Assembly (NCBI GenBank): GCA_048939265.1
Contig: JBHLPQ010000001.1
Span: forward strand, 6,726-70,725
Length of the DNA: 64,000 nucleotides
Direction of reading: 5' to 3'
From: Promethearchaeota archaeon
GTDB taxonomy: Archaea > Asgardarchaeota > Heimdallarchaeia > Hodarchaeales > Hodarchaeaceae
Part shown: positions 27,610 through 37,192 of the stretch, piece by piece
Position numbering within the stretch: position 1 is the first letter of the stretch
Layout: every line of letters starts with the position of its first letter
Program-made: the position numbers and the translations under genes
Notes under the pieces: generated by a model
Database searches by the model: none
What the model was told of the DNA's origin: nothing
Seen by the model: the letters and a program-made list of their open reading frames with translations, nothing else

Positions 27610-30501
27610 ATGGGAAAAACGCGGATTCTTAAAGGAAGAATTCGCTTACTTCTGCAATTTTCCAGAATTAATCTGCATATATCTGCCATTACACTCATAG
27701 GTTTAACTATTGCGTTATCAGTCGTTTCAGCGTCGTTTATCTATTTAGAATCTAATCAAGCTAGTTACTATCTGAAAAGAATCCAAGATCTACGAGAAAA
27801 GAATTACATTATTTATGAAATTTCGAATGAGACTTCACCTTATCTTCATTACAATGTCCTCCCTCTTATTCAAGAATATATTGAAGAAGAACTCAATCAA
27901 TCTGGCCTAGGAGAGACCTTTCAACCTCATTCGTTATATCCACTGTTCCACTTGGGTAATTACATTCGATTCTTGAACCAAAGATCAAGCACTCTAATTG
28001 GAATAGATCTGAATGAAACAATCCTTTCTGACTGTGTTAATGGAAGCAAATTACCAGTAGAAGAAAACGAAGTAATATTATATTCTTCTACTGAGGGATT
28101 ACCATTGGAAATAGGCAACTACTTCAATATTTCTAAATCTTATAGAGATTCTTCGGATAATTATCAGGAATATAATTTTTCACTAAAAATATCTGGTTTA
28201 ATTACATCTACTTCAATTAATCAGACCTCTCCTCTAAAAGAAATCTTTGATGAGGAATATGAGGACCTTATTCTAATCACAGATTATCACAGATTTTACA
28301 CCTTAATTCAAACTATGAACTCTGAGTTAGAAGCACTAATAGCGCAGGATAGTATATTTGCAGAAGAAAATTTCTTTATGTTTCTAAAATATTTTTTCTA
28401 CCTTGATTTAACATCAATTGATCAAAAAAACGTCATTCAAATAATGGATGATTTATTGAAGTACTACAAAGCACTTTGGTATGTACAACCTTTTGAGGGA
28501 AATTTATATTTCAACAGAAATAGCCATGTTTTTTATAAAATAGAAGAGGCTACTACCAATTTTGATAGATTCTATTACTTGTTTTTAATTCTAAGTGTAC
28601 CAGCTTTCATACTTGCATTTTTATTAGTCAACTTCTCACTCAGTCTTATCAATGAAAGACGAAAGAGATCTTTTACATTACTAAAAATGAGAGGAGTCTC
28701 TACCAGTTTTATTTTTTTAATTTTAATCCTCGAGACTTTTATCTTAGCACTATTATCTTCTTTTTTGTCGATCATTTTAGGTATTGCTGTTTTTATTGTA
28801 CTGTCCTCAACAACCGGATTCCTTCTCTTTGATGCTAATAGACTACCTAAAGCAATGGTTATATCCCCGACAACTATAAGCTTCCTCATCATTTTCGGTC
28901 TAGCATTTACAATATTGTCTCATTTTAAAGCCACCTTTAAATTAGCTAGATCGAAAGTGGTTGAACTTGAGCGAGTAGCAAGTAAGAAGAGGAGAAGAAA
29001 GCCAAAAATGTGGGGAGGAAATCTTGACATAAATCTGTTGATAGTCGGAATCCTTGGATTTATTGTGTTTTATTCTCTTATGACAATTCTTCTGAACTTA
29101 GATCAACGAGAAAATGAAGTTTGGATGACAATCATTATTCTGATTATAGTTGTCATGGTATTTTGCCAATTAGCAATTCTCATTGGAGGTATTTTCACGT
29201 TTAACAGAATTATTCCAATTATTCTTCATCATCTAGGAAATTATTCATGGAAAAAAGATTGGCGCTCATTGGCTGTGGCTACCAGAAATTTATCGGTGTC
29301 TAGAATAACTAAACATGTCACCCTTTTGATAGCATATACTATTAGTTTTCTTATGATACTATCAATACTTCCTTCGACGATGTACAACAATGTTGTTGAT
29401 CATGCGTATTATGGGGTAGGCTGTGATATCAAGATATACACTGGAGCAAACGAGAATATCAATATGACGGTGGTCTCTAATTTAACGGCTGATTTAAATT
29501 CAATTCAAGGACTAGCAGCTACAGGTGTCACACGCCTTCGATATAACTTAATTCAAAAGGTTGAAGAGGATTATGAATATACTGTGCATCATAATTTCAT
29601 TGGTATTGATCCAAATTTTCATCAAATAGCGTACTGGCGAGATTATTATGATGATTCATCACTTCAGAAAATGGTCACATTACTACATAATTCCTCGGCC
29701 AAGTATCCAATTATTATTGATTCATTTTCAGCAAGAAGAGAGGAACTTGAAAACCTAGGAACATATTCTATAATTTCCAATAGTTCCGAATTAATAGAAT
29801 TGACTGTTGTAGAAATAAGTAACTGTTGGCCGACATGGTGGACTGGTGAAAATGTACTTAGCATGATAACTAAGAGATCGCTCATAGAGAATTTGTCTCT
29901 ACTTCTTGGAGGGGAGGATAACTACATGAATGCCGATATATGGTGTAAAGTTTCACCTAGTTATGATAAAGATGATGTGATTGATCAAGTAATAAATGTC
30001 ACATCTTTTTATGGTATCTCACAAGATGACATCGAAAATACAATTAAAAAAGTACAAATCGATCCTGAATCCTTATCTGATATTGCTTTTTGGATTATTA
30101 CTAATTTCAACTATTTAGTATCTTTATCAATAATCTTAATCATGATAATCCTCTTCACTACGGTTAGGATTGCAAGTCACACTACAGAAATTGGTTTAAG
30201 TAGAGCATTAGGAATGAAAACTAAACAAGTGTTTCTATTAATGTTTACAGAACCACTAATTCTTTTTCTAATCAGTGGAATCCCTGGGATCATATTTGGT
30301 TCATTTTTCACCTTCTTCCTCTTACAATGGACAAATCCACTTCTCACTTTAGGAGCGGGCCCCCCATTTGTGGTATATCCTAATTATTTTTCAGTATTTT
30401 TAATCTATAGTTCTATTTTTGTTGTAACTTTGCTAAGTGGCTTACTAGCATCGATAATTGCTTCTAGAGCGAACATTTCTAAAATTTTAAAGGTGGAGTA
30501 A
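27610..30501 (+). CDS. ABC transporter permease, fused double FtsX-domain (MacB/BceB-like) with two large extracytoplasmic domains
   Basis: 963 aa. TM1, a ~300-aa extracytoplasmic region, a 3-TM FtsX block, a second ~270-aa extracytoplasmic region, then a C-terminal 4-TM FtsX block (…GLSRALGMKTKQV… motif). Confidence 0.8.
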   Translation: MGKTRILKGRIRLLLQFSRINLHISAITLIGLTIALSVVSASFIYLESNQASYYLKRIQDLREKNYIIYEISNETSPYLHYNVLPLIQEYIEEELNQSGLGETFQPHSLYPLFHLGNYIRFLNQRSSTLIGIDLNETILSDCVNGSKLPVEENEVILYSSTEGLPLEIGNYFNISKSYRDSSDNYQEYNFSLKISGLITSTSINQTSPLKEIFDEEYEDLILITDYHRFYTLIQTMNSELEALIAQDSIFAEENFFMFLKYFFYLDLTSIDQKNVIQIMDDLLKYYKALWYVQPFEGNLYFNRNSHVFYKIEEATTNFDRFYYLFLILSVPAFILAFLLVNFSLSLINERRKRSFTLLKMRGVSTSFIFLILILETFILALLSSFLSIILGIAVFIVLSSTTGFLLFDANRLPKAMVISPTTISFLIIFGLAFTILSHFKATFKLARSKVVELERVASKKRRRKPKMWGGNLDINLLIVGILGFIVFYSLMTILLNLDQRENEVWMTIIILIIVVMVFCQLAILIGGIFTFNRIIPIILHHLGNYSWKKDWRSLAVATRNLSVSRITKHVTLLIAYTISFLMILSILPSTMYNNVVDHAYYGVGCDIKIYTGANENINMTVVSNLTADLNSIQGLAATGVTRLRYNLIQKVEEDYEYTVHHNFIGIDPNFHQIAYWRDYYDDSSLQKMVTLLHNSSAKYPIIIDSFSARREELENLGTYSIISNSSELIELTVVEISNCWPTWWTGENVLSMITKRSLIENLSLLLGGEDNYMNADIWCKVSPSYDKDDVIDQVINVTSFYGISQDDIENTIKKVQIDPESLSDIAFWIITNFNYLVSLSIILIMIILFTTVRIASHTTEIGLSRALGMKTKQVFLLMFTEPLILFLISGIPGIIFGSFFTFFLLQWTNPLLTLGAGPPFVVYPNYFSVFLIYSSIFVVTLLSGLLASIIASRANISKILKVE

Positions 30502-30509
30502 TGATTTAA

Positions 30510-31388
30510 GTGCTAATTGAATGTAAGGATCTTATCAAAATCTACCCCTCACCAGTAGAGGGACTGATGTTCCCTGCTTTACGGGGATTAGATCTATCTA
30601 TAGAAAAAGGAGAACTAATCTCAATAATTGGTCCTTCAGGAGCAGGAAAATCAACTCTTCTTCGTCTCATCAGTGGATTTGATCTCCCTAGTTCGGGTGA
30701 AATTTGGTTTGATGGTCGCTTACTTAATCAGTTTTCTGAAGAGGAGCTGTATGATCATCGAAAAAAGGTTGGGATCATGTACCAATCTCCAAGAGATAAT
30801 TTAGTATGGGGATTATCAGCCATTGACAATGTTTTGTTCCCTATGCGATATTCAGGCAAGTTTGGTGAAAACCAAAAACAAAAAGCACAGGAATTACTAG
30901 AAAAAGTAGGATTATCAGGAAAAAGTAAACGAAAACCAACCCAACTATCTGGAGGAGAACAACAAAGAGTAGCTATCGCAACTGCATTAGCAAATGACCC
31001 TCTTGTCTTGTTAGCAGACGAACCGACTGGAGAACTGGATAGCACCACTACAAGTAGTATAATTGATTACTTTAAGGAATTAAAGAACAATATGGGATTA
31101 ACGATATGTGTGGTGACTCACGATAGACGTTTCTCTAAATTAACCGATAAGACTTACAAGATTCAGGATGGTCGATTGACCACTCTTCAGGTGGGCTACA
31201 TTAGAGAACAGATTTTTGAACAAACTGAAGAGACAGCTATCATCGATTCGCAAGGGAATGTAAGACTCCCTGTAGAAGTTCTAGAACTTCTTAAAGGAAT
31301 ATCTTCTGTGAGAATTGTGATTAAAGAAAATAAAATCGAATTAATCCCAATAGTAACAGAACTGGAACGTGATAAGGAGGGGAATTAA
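30510..31388 (+). CDS. ABC transporter ATP-binding protein with a C-terminal AbrB/SpoVT-like (swapped-hairpin) extension
   Basis: Walker [11 protein letters not shown]-loop, signature LSGGEQQRVAIA, Walker B LLADEPTGELD, H-loop VTHD. The C-terminal ~50 aa (IDSQGNVRLPVEVLELLKGISSVRIVIKENKIELIPI) resembles AbrB/MazE DNA-binding/regulatory domains. Confidence 0.85.
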   Translation: MLIECKDLIKIYPSPVEGLMFPALRGLDLSIEKGELISIIGPSGAGKSTLLRLISGFDLPSSGEIWFDGRLLNQFSEEELYDHRKKVGIMYQSPRDNLVWGLSAIDNVLFPMRYSGKFGENQKQKAQELLEKVGLSGKSKRKPTQLSGGEQQRVAIATALANDPLVLLADEPTGELDSTTTSSIIDYFKELKNNMGLTICVVTHDRRFSKLTDKTYKIQDGRLTTLQVGYIREQIFEQTEETAIIDSQGNVRLPVEVLELLKGISSVRIVIKENKIELIPIVTELERDKEGN

Positions 31389-31391
31389 AGA

Positions 31392-32075
31392 TTGGGGAAA
31401 TCTGAAGTCTTATACCATTTAGAAAGCTTACAAAGATTTTATACCAGTAAAGCTGAAATAGTTAAAGCTATTGATGGTATTGATCTTGATATACATGTGG
31501 GCGATTTTATTGCCATTCTTGGCCCTTCTGGCTCCGGAAAAACCACTTTTTTGAATATTCTTGCAGGTTTGGATAAACCAACGGGAGGAAACCTAATTTT
31601 TGATAATACAGATATTTCCACTCTTAATGATTCTGAACTTTGTGATATTAGACGGTTTGACATCGGGATTGTTTTTCAATTTTTTAATTTACACCCCTCT
31701 TTTACAGCACAGGAGAATATAGAGTACCCAATGATGATAGCGGATGTTCCATACAAAGAACGAGAAATAAAAGCAGCAGATCTTCTTAAACAAATGAACT
31801 TGTATGATAAAAAGGATAATTACCCAATCGAAATGTCGGGTGGTGAAAAACAAAGGGTGGGAATTGCTCGAGCGTTGGCAAACGATCCTAGAGTACTCAT
31901 TGCTGATGAACCGACTGGTGATTTAGATTCAGAAAATGCAAAGCAGATTATTGAGTTACTACTGGACATCAATAACCGAGGGACAACTATCGTCATGGTG
32001 ACGCATGATGAATCCCTCTTATCAGAAAAAATGTCCATTCTGTCTCTTGTAGATGGAAAAATAATTAATCCTTAA
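31392..32075 (+). CDS. ABC transporter ATP-binding protein (second NBD of the + operon)
   Basis: GPSGSGKTT, MSGGEKQRVGIARALANDPRVLIADEPTGDLD, MVTHDES. Confidence 0.9.
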   Translation: MGKSEVLYHLESLQRFYTSKAEIVKAIDGIDLDIHVGDFIAILGPSGSGKTTFLNILAGLDKPTGGNLIFDNTDISTLNDSELCDIRRFDIGIVFQFFNLHPSFTAQENIEYPMMIADVPYKEREIKAADLLKQMNLYDKKDNYPIEMSGGEKQRVGIARALANDPRVLIADEPTGDLDSENAKQIIELLLDINNRGTTIVMVTHDESLLSEKMSILSLVDGKIINP

Positions 32076-32192
32076 TGCTAAATTACCAGAGATTATTTTG
32101 CTACTTCTGCAGTGATTTCTCTCATATAGAGCTCCTAAAATACCACTTGATAAAATTTACCATATATTGATGATTTCATTAATAAACCAATA

Positions 32193-32951
32193 TCAGATTG
32201 TTTCCAACATAACATCTTGAATTCCTCTTTCATAGAGAAATTGAGCTCTAGAAATTTGAGGAATATCCTTTGTTGCGATTCCATCTTCCAGTAGTAAAAC
32301 TCGATCTCCATCCTGAGGAATATTGTAATCATGAGTTGAAATTATGAGGAGACCATTGATTTCTTTGGCTTTTTGACGAAGTAATCTCATCAATTCACAG
32401 CCAGTTTCAATATCTAGAGCCCCTGTTGGTTCATCAGCTAGAATAATCAAAGGTGAGGTAATAAGAGCTCTGGCAATCGCAACTCGTTGTTTTTCTCCTC
32501 GAGACAGTTCATCTGTATACATATCTATTTTCTCTCCTAACCCAACTTCTTTCAACAAACTTGCTATTTGGTTAGTATTTGAATTTCGGGATACTTTATT
32601 GATCATGAATTTTAGTTCTAAAGTTTCACGGCAAGTTAATCCTAAATGCAACTCAAAGAATTGAAAAATTATCCCCAGGTTATCTCGACGAAATTCTGTC
32701 CTTTCCTCTTCAGTCATTCTGAATATATTCTGATTATTTATCTTTACATTTCCTTCTGTTGGCTCTTCAAGGCCTGCAAGCAAGTTCAAAATAGTCGATT
32801 TTCCTGCACCGCTTGGTCCCATGATGATAATTGTTTCACCAAGAGAAGCACTGAAAGAAATTCCCTTTAGAATTGTAGCTGGGATGCTCCCCCCAATAGA
32901 GTATTGTTTTTTCAAATTCTTTACTTGAAGTATTTGATTTATAGTTTTCAT
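32193..32951 (-). CDS. ABC transporter ATP-binding protein with a degenerate signature motif (LSRGE)
   Basis: [24 protein letters not shown] (the second G of LSGGQ is replaced by R), [16 protein letters not shown]. Confidence 0.9.
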   Translation of the reverse strand: MKTINQILQVKNLKKQYSIGGSIPATILKGISFSASLGETIIIMGPSGAGKSTILNLLAGLEEPTEGNVKINNQNIFRMTEEERTEFRRDNLGIIFQFFELHLGLTCRETLELKFMINKVSRNSNTNQIASLLKEVGLGEKIDMYTDELSRGEKQRVAIARALITSPLIILADEPTGALDIETGCELMRLLRQKAKEINGLLIISTHDYNIPQDGDRVLLLEDGIATKDIPQISRAQFLYERGIQDVMLETI

Positions 32952-32973
32952 TGCTAACCCCTACAGGCACTTT

Positions 32974-33687
32974 TCAATTATTCTGTCCGTTAATCATGAT
33001 CTCTTTCATTTTACCTTCTTTCATAATGAAACAGTGATCGGTCTTCTTAACCATTCTCAAGTCATGTGTAACCATGACAATAGTTTTTTCCAGATTGTCA
33101 CAGGATGTACGGAGGTAGTTAACGATTTTAAGTGCGTTGACAGTATCAAGTTGACTGGTTGGTTCGTCCAGAATGAGTAAATCTGGATTATTAGCTAAAG
33201 CAATAGCAAGACTCAACCTTTGGAGTTCCCCACCAGATAATTGAAAAGGTTTCCTCGAAGCTTTTGTTTCCAGATCTACCTGTTTAAGTAAGGTTTTGAC
33301 CCTTGTCTTCCCCTCTTGTAAATTGGGATGAGTTGAACATAAGACTATTGGAAAAAAAACGTTATCAAAAACACTAAGATCCCATATAACATTCTCCCGA
33401 GGATTTTGTAACATTAAGCCAATATGTTTTCTGTAATAAAAGAGTTTTTCTTTTGTTGATAGTTCATTAATGAGATGATCTTCTATTTTAATAAATCCAG
33501 CGGATGGTTCCAACAGGCCTGTGATAATCATTAACAGTGTAGTTTTACCACAACCACTAGGCCCTAAAATGCTGATAAATTCTCCTTTATGCACCGTGAG
33601 ATGTATTCCTCTTAAGGTAGCTTTCTTTACTTTGGATTTTTGTGGATATATCTTAATAATATCCTCACAGTGTAAATATGGTTGCAT
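32974..33687 (-). CDS. ABC transporter ATP-binding protein
   Basis: GPSGCGKTT, LSGGELQRLSLAIALANNPDLLILDEPTSQLD, MVTHD. Confidence 0.9.
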   Translation of the reverse strand: MQPYLHCEDIIKIYPQKSKVKKATLRGIHLTVHKGEFISILGPSGCGKTTLLMIITGLLEPSAGFIKIEDHLINELSTKEKLFYYRKHIGLMLQNPRENVIWDLSVFDNVFFPIVLCSTHPNLQEGKTRVKTLLKQVDLETKASRKPFQLSGGELQRLSLAIALANNPDLLILDEPTSQLDTVNALKIVNYLRTSCDNLEKTIVMVTHDLRMVKKTDHCFIMKEGKMKEIMINGQNN

Positions 33688-33690
33688 TTC

Positions 33691-36558
33691 TTAATCCTCC
33701 TGTTCATATTGTTTTAATAACAAACCAGTTGAATATCTCTGCTGTATAATATTTGAAGGAATAAGTGAAATGATCACGAAAATGAGAAACCAGATGAAAT
33801 ATGGAATGAATGCATTGAATGGAAGAATGACTGGGGGATATAACCCACTTTTTTGCAGCCATAAAATCGATTGAGAGGAAAAATAAATTATACAATATAA
33901 GATTCCAGTGCATGTACCAATAATTAATGCTGTAAAAATTACAAAAACACTTTCTATCAGGGTAACTAAAAAGATTTCCTGTTTCTTCACTCCTAACGCT
34001 CGTTCAAGAGCATGTTCTCTTGTCCGTCGATTCTGTTGAAACATACCAAGAAGTAAGACGCAGCCACAAGCGAGTACAAGAGAGACAAGAAGAACAACTT
34101 GCTGAGAATCTATAAACTGATCCCAAGATCGATTAACTTTCATATTCATTATTTCTTGAGATGTCCACGATATTTCTGCTAAATAATCTTCTTTCAAAAT
34201 TTGAAGTACTTCTGGAGAGATTTCTGAATCAGTATTGATTAAAAAATAATGTTTCTTTACAATTGAACTTGGTTCATCCGATATTGCCTCTAAACCCTGA
34301 AGGAAATCTTTATGGATAATCATAGCTTGATCCCCAGGGGACCTGGCAATTAATGGATAAATTTTAAATGAAGAAACCACTGTGACATTCGCTATAGGAT
34401 GAATAAAATATTCAAAATGAGCTGAAAAGTTTTCTGCCAATAATTGGAGATGATATAAACTATCAATTTTAAGATCCTGTAAGAAAAGAAATTGTTTACT
34501 GACACTCACCTTGGATTTATTGGTCAGAATGGCTTTTTGGAAAGCAGCCATGGAGGGGGTAAACTCTAACTGCCAATGATTGTATCCAACCTCAAAAAAA
34601 GTTTCAGGATCAATACCTAATAAAGCAATGGATGAACTACTAGAGATCATTCCGAAATCATCCCATTCCGCGTCAAAATCCATATTAGCAACCGTTATTT
34701 TTGTAAACACACTTTGTGAGGGAAGGTTTTCTGTTAAAAAGGTTGTTAAGGCTGCTTCCTTTGTTTCAGGAAATCCAATTCTATAATCAGCTCCAACAAC
34801 AAATCTGGCTTGCTCTATCATATGAAAGTTAGCGGAAGCATGTGACGTTAAAAGACAAAAGGAATAGAAGACAAGTAAAGTAAGAAATAACCAAGTATCT
34901 GAAAATGATTTACGAAAACGGTTAATGTTTTTTAGAGCAAAAGTAGGGAGGCTGTTTCCCCTTTTCCACAAAGAATTTGACAAGAATATCACAAAACTCG
35001 AGAATATGAATCTTAATGAGAAGAGGAGTCCAATTGTTAGACATACCAATGAGATTGTAACTAAATATTGTGTGAATTCCTTTAGCCCTACCCATATATC
35101 TAATACTGGAAGAAATATTTTAGGAATATCAAGTAAGTTCACAATGAAAGAAAAAGCAATAATGATGATCCCAAACAATATCATCTTCAAAGCCCAAGAG
35201 TGTATAGTTACCTCTTCGCTTTTTCTGAAACTGGGTAAATCCTTCCCCAAGTAAACTCTAACTATATTTCCCGCTATTTTTCCATAAACCATTCCGTTTA
35301 TCATGATCGAAATGAACAATACATAAAGAAACCAATTGTTAATGTTGAGGATTAATAACGTTGTTGTACTCATGAATGAAATTAAAAAAACGCTTAAGAT
35401 TACACCTAGTAATCCTCCCAGTAGGAGTGTTCCCAATATACTCACTCCTACTTCAAAGACAAGTAGTACAAAGATTTGTTTTAATGAGAACCCTCGTATA
35501 AATAATGATTGATTTCGCTTTAATCGAGAAAAGTTAGTATTATCTACAACATAATTCGTGAAGTAAAGAGAAATGATTATCACTGGCAATGAAAGGAATA
35601 AAAATTCAAAAAAACGAGTTTCCCATAATCTCTGAAAATCATTCAATTTTCTCTCTAAATAATCTTCACCCCAAGATAATCCTTGTATATTCCGTTTGAA
35701 GAGTTTTAGTCGCGATAAATATAATCCCCGATCTTGAGCTTTCAACTTATCCACATTGAATAATAAAAAGAATTCGATGTAACCTCTTCTTTCTTTTTTT
35801 GGATTAGAGGAAGAGATCCCAATTTTTTTTACAAGAGATGAATAATCATTTTTCCTAGTAATAAGACCATACCGATAACCGATATTGATACCTGTAATTC
35901 CCCTAAGCTGTTTAAGGTATTCATAGTACGATTCACGGGTTGGAAATTGATTTGATTGGAAGAATGGAAGGATCCCCACGATTTTTAGGGGAAAAGAAGA
36001 ATTTGGATATATTGCAGAAAAAGAGTAGTTTGAATTGATTGTATACTCATTCTTTTCTCTTTCAGGTATCATCAAGATCGTTTCATTAGCGTTTTGGGGC
36101 AGCCTGCTTTCAGGAAGAAGTAATGTTTCAAGGACACTTGCTTTATCATCCTCAAAAAAATATGTGTTCCCAAGGAGATGACTATCCCCCCAGGTGGTTG
36201 TATTCTGATTTCTACTAGATATCCCAGGTTCTATCCACGATCCCTGCAGAAAATTTTGTAAGTCAGTGTCATTTAGTTGGATTTCGATATTTCTGATGAT
36301 TTGATTGAGAGATGCCATTTCAAAGGCTAGATAATTTGCTGAAAAACTAATTTCTAATTTAATATGGTATCTGTATTCTTCAGATAACTCTCTTCGTGTG
36401 GCCATAAATAATGCATCACTATTTGAATCTAAAATAATGCAAACAGAAGTAACTACTGCCATAATTAAAGCTAAAGAGAAAATAATAGGGAACAAATTCC
36501 TCCTATTTCCTTTAAGTAATTTAATATTCAAAAGGAGTTTCTCAACCACCATAATCAC
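33691..36558 (-). CDS. ABC transporter permease, fused double FtsX-domain (paralog of 27610..30501)
   Basis: 955 aa with the same topology as the + strand permease: N-terminal TM, large extracytoplasmic domain, FtsX 3-TM block, second extracytoplasmic domain, C-terminal FtsX block (ERALGVKKQEI motif). Confidence 0.8.
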   Translation of the reverse strand: MIMVVEKLLLNIKLLKGNRRNLFPIIFSLALIMAVVTSVCIILDSNSDALFMATRRELSEEYRYHIKLEISFSANYLAFEMASLNQIIRNIEIQLNDTDLQNFLQGSWIEPGISSRNQNTTTWGDSHLLGNTYFFEDDKASVLETLLLPESRLPQNANETILMIPEREKNEYTINSNYSFSAIYPNSSFPLKIVGILPFFQSNQFPTRESYYEYLKQLRGITGINIGYRYGLITRKNDYSSLVKKIGISSSNPKKERRGYIEFFLLFNVDKLKAQDRGLYLSRLKLFKRNIQGLSWGEDYLERKLNDFQRLWETRFFEFLFLSLPVIIISLYFTNYVVDNTNFSRLKRNQSLFIRGFSLKQIFVLLVFEVGVSILGTLLLGGLLGVILSVFLISFMSTTTLLILNINNWFLYVLFISIMINGMVYGKIAGNIVRVYLGKDLPSFRKSEEVTIHSWALKMILFGIIIIAFSFIVNLLDIPKIFLPVLDIWVGLKEFTQYLVTISLVCLTIGLLFSLRFIFSSFVIFLSNSLWKRGNSLPTFALKNINRFRKSFSDTWLFLTLLVFYSFCLLTSHASANFHMIEQARFVVGADYRIGFPETKEAALTTFLTENLPSQSVFTKITVANMDFDAEWDDFGMISSSSSIALLGIDPETFFEVGYNHWQLEFTPSMAAFQKAILTNKSKVSVSKQFLFLQDLKIDSLYHLQLLAENFSAHFEYFIHPIANVTVVSSFKIYPLIARSPGDQAMIIHKDFLQGLEAISDEPSSIVKKHYFLINTDSEISPEVLQILKEDYLAEISWTSQEIMNMKVNRSWDQFIDSQQVVLLVSLVLACGCVLLLGMFQQNRRTREHALERALGVKKQEIFLVTLIESVFVIFTALIIGTCTGILYCIIYFSSQSILWLQKSGLYPPVILPFNAFIPYFIWFLIFVIISLIPSNIIQQRYSTGLLLKQYEQED

Positions 36559-36769
36559 CCTCTAAGTTGAAACCACCGTTTTCTGTTCTTCTTAATACAC
36601 CTCTTTAATAATCCATCATCACTTCAATTATACCTTTAGTCCATTGCTTACATAATGATGTTCACCTGTGAACATGTCCTATTTTTTAACCCTATCCATT
36701 TTTCATGTAAAAAATAGTTAATCCTTAGTTGTTAATATTTTCCCTTCTAAGAAGGCTATTCTACTACTT

Positions 36770-37183
36770 CTACAGTGAACGTTTGAGATTCGACTTAACA
36801 AAATCTACAATGTCCTTGGTATCAGTTCCAGGACCAAAAATTCCCTTGATTCCAATTTCGTTTAACTTTGGAACGTCTACATCAGGAATGATCCCACCTG
36901 CGACAACAAGAGTATCGCTTATCATCTCATTCTGTTTGAGTAATTCAATTACTTTCGGAAATAACGCCATGTGAGATCCACTTAAACTGGAAAGTCCAAT
37001 GACATCAACATCCTCTTGAAGTGCTGCTTCAACTATCTGCTCTGGACTTTTATGCAGTCCAGTATAAATGACCTCCATTCCTGCATCTCTCAAAGCTCGT
37101 GCAACGACCTTTACACCTCGGTCGTGTCCATCTAATCCAGGTTTTGCTAATAGAACTCTAATTTTTCGGGTCATTATTTTCAC
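36770..37183 (-). CDS. mcmB: Methylmalonyl-CoA mutase, B12-binding (small) subunit
   Basis: DxHxxG cobalamin-binding motif ([12 protein letters not shown]) and a Rossmann-like B12-binding domain, about 137 aa. It lies directly downstream of the large subunit. Confidence 0.9.
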   Translation of the reverse strand: MKIMTRKIRVLLAKPGLDGHDRGVKVVARALRDAGMEVIYTGLHKSPEQIVEAALQEDVDVIGLSSLSGSHMALFPKVIELLKQNEMISDTLVVAGGIIPDVDVPKLNEIGIKGIFGPGTDTKDIVDFVKSNLKRSL

Positions 37184-37192
37184 CTGAAAATA

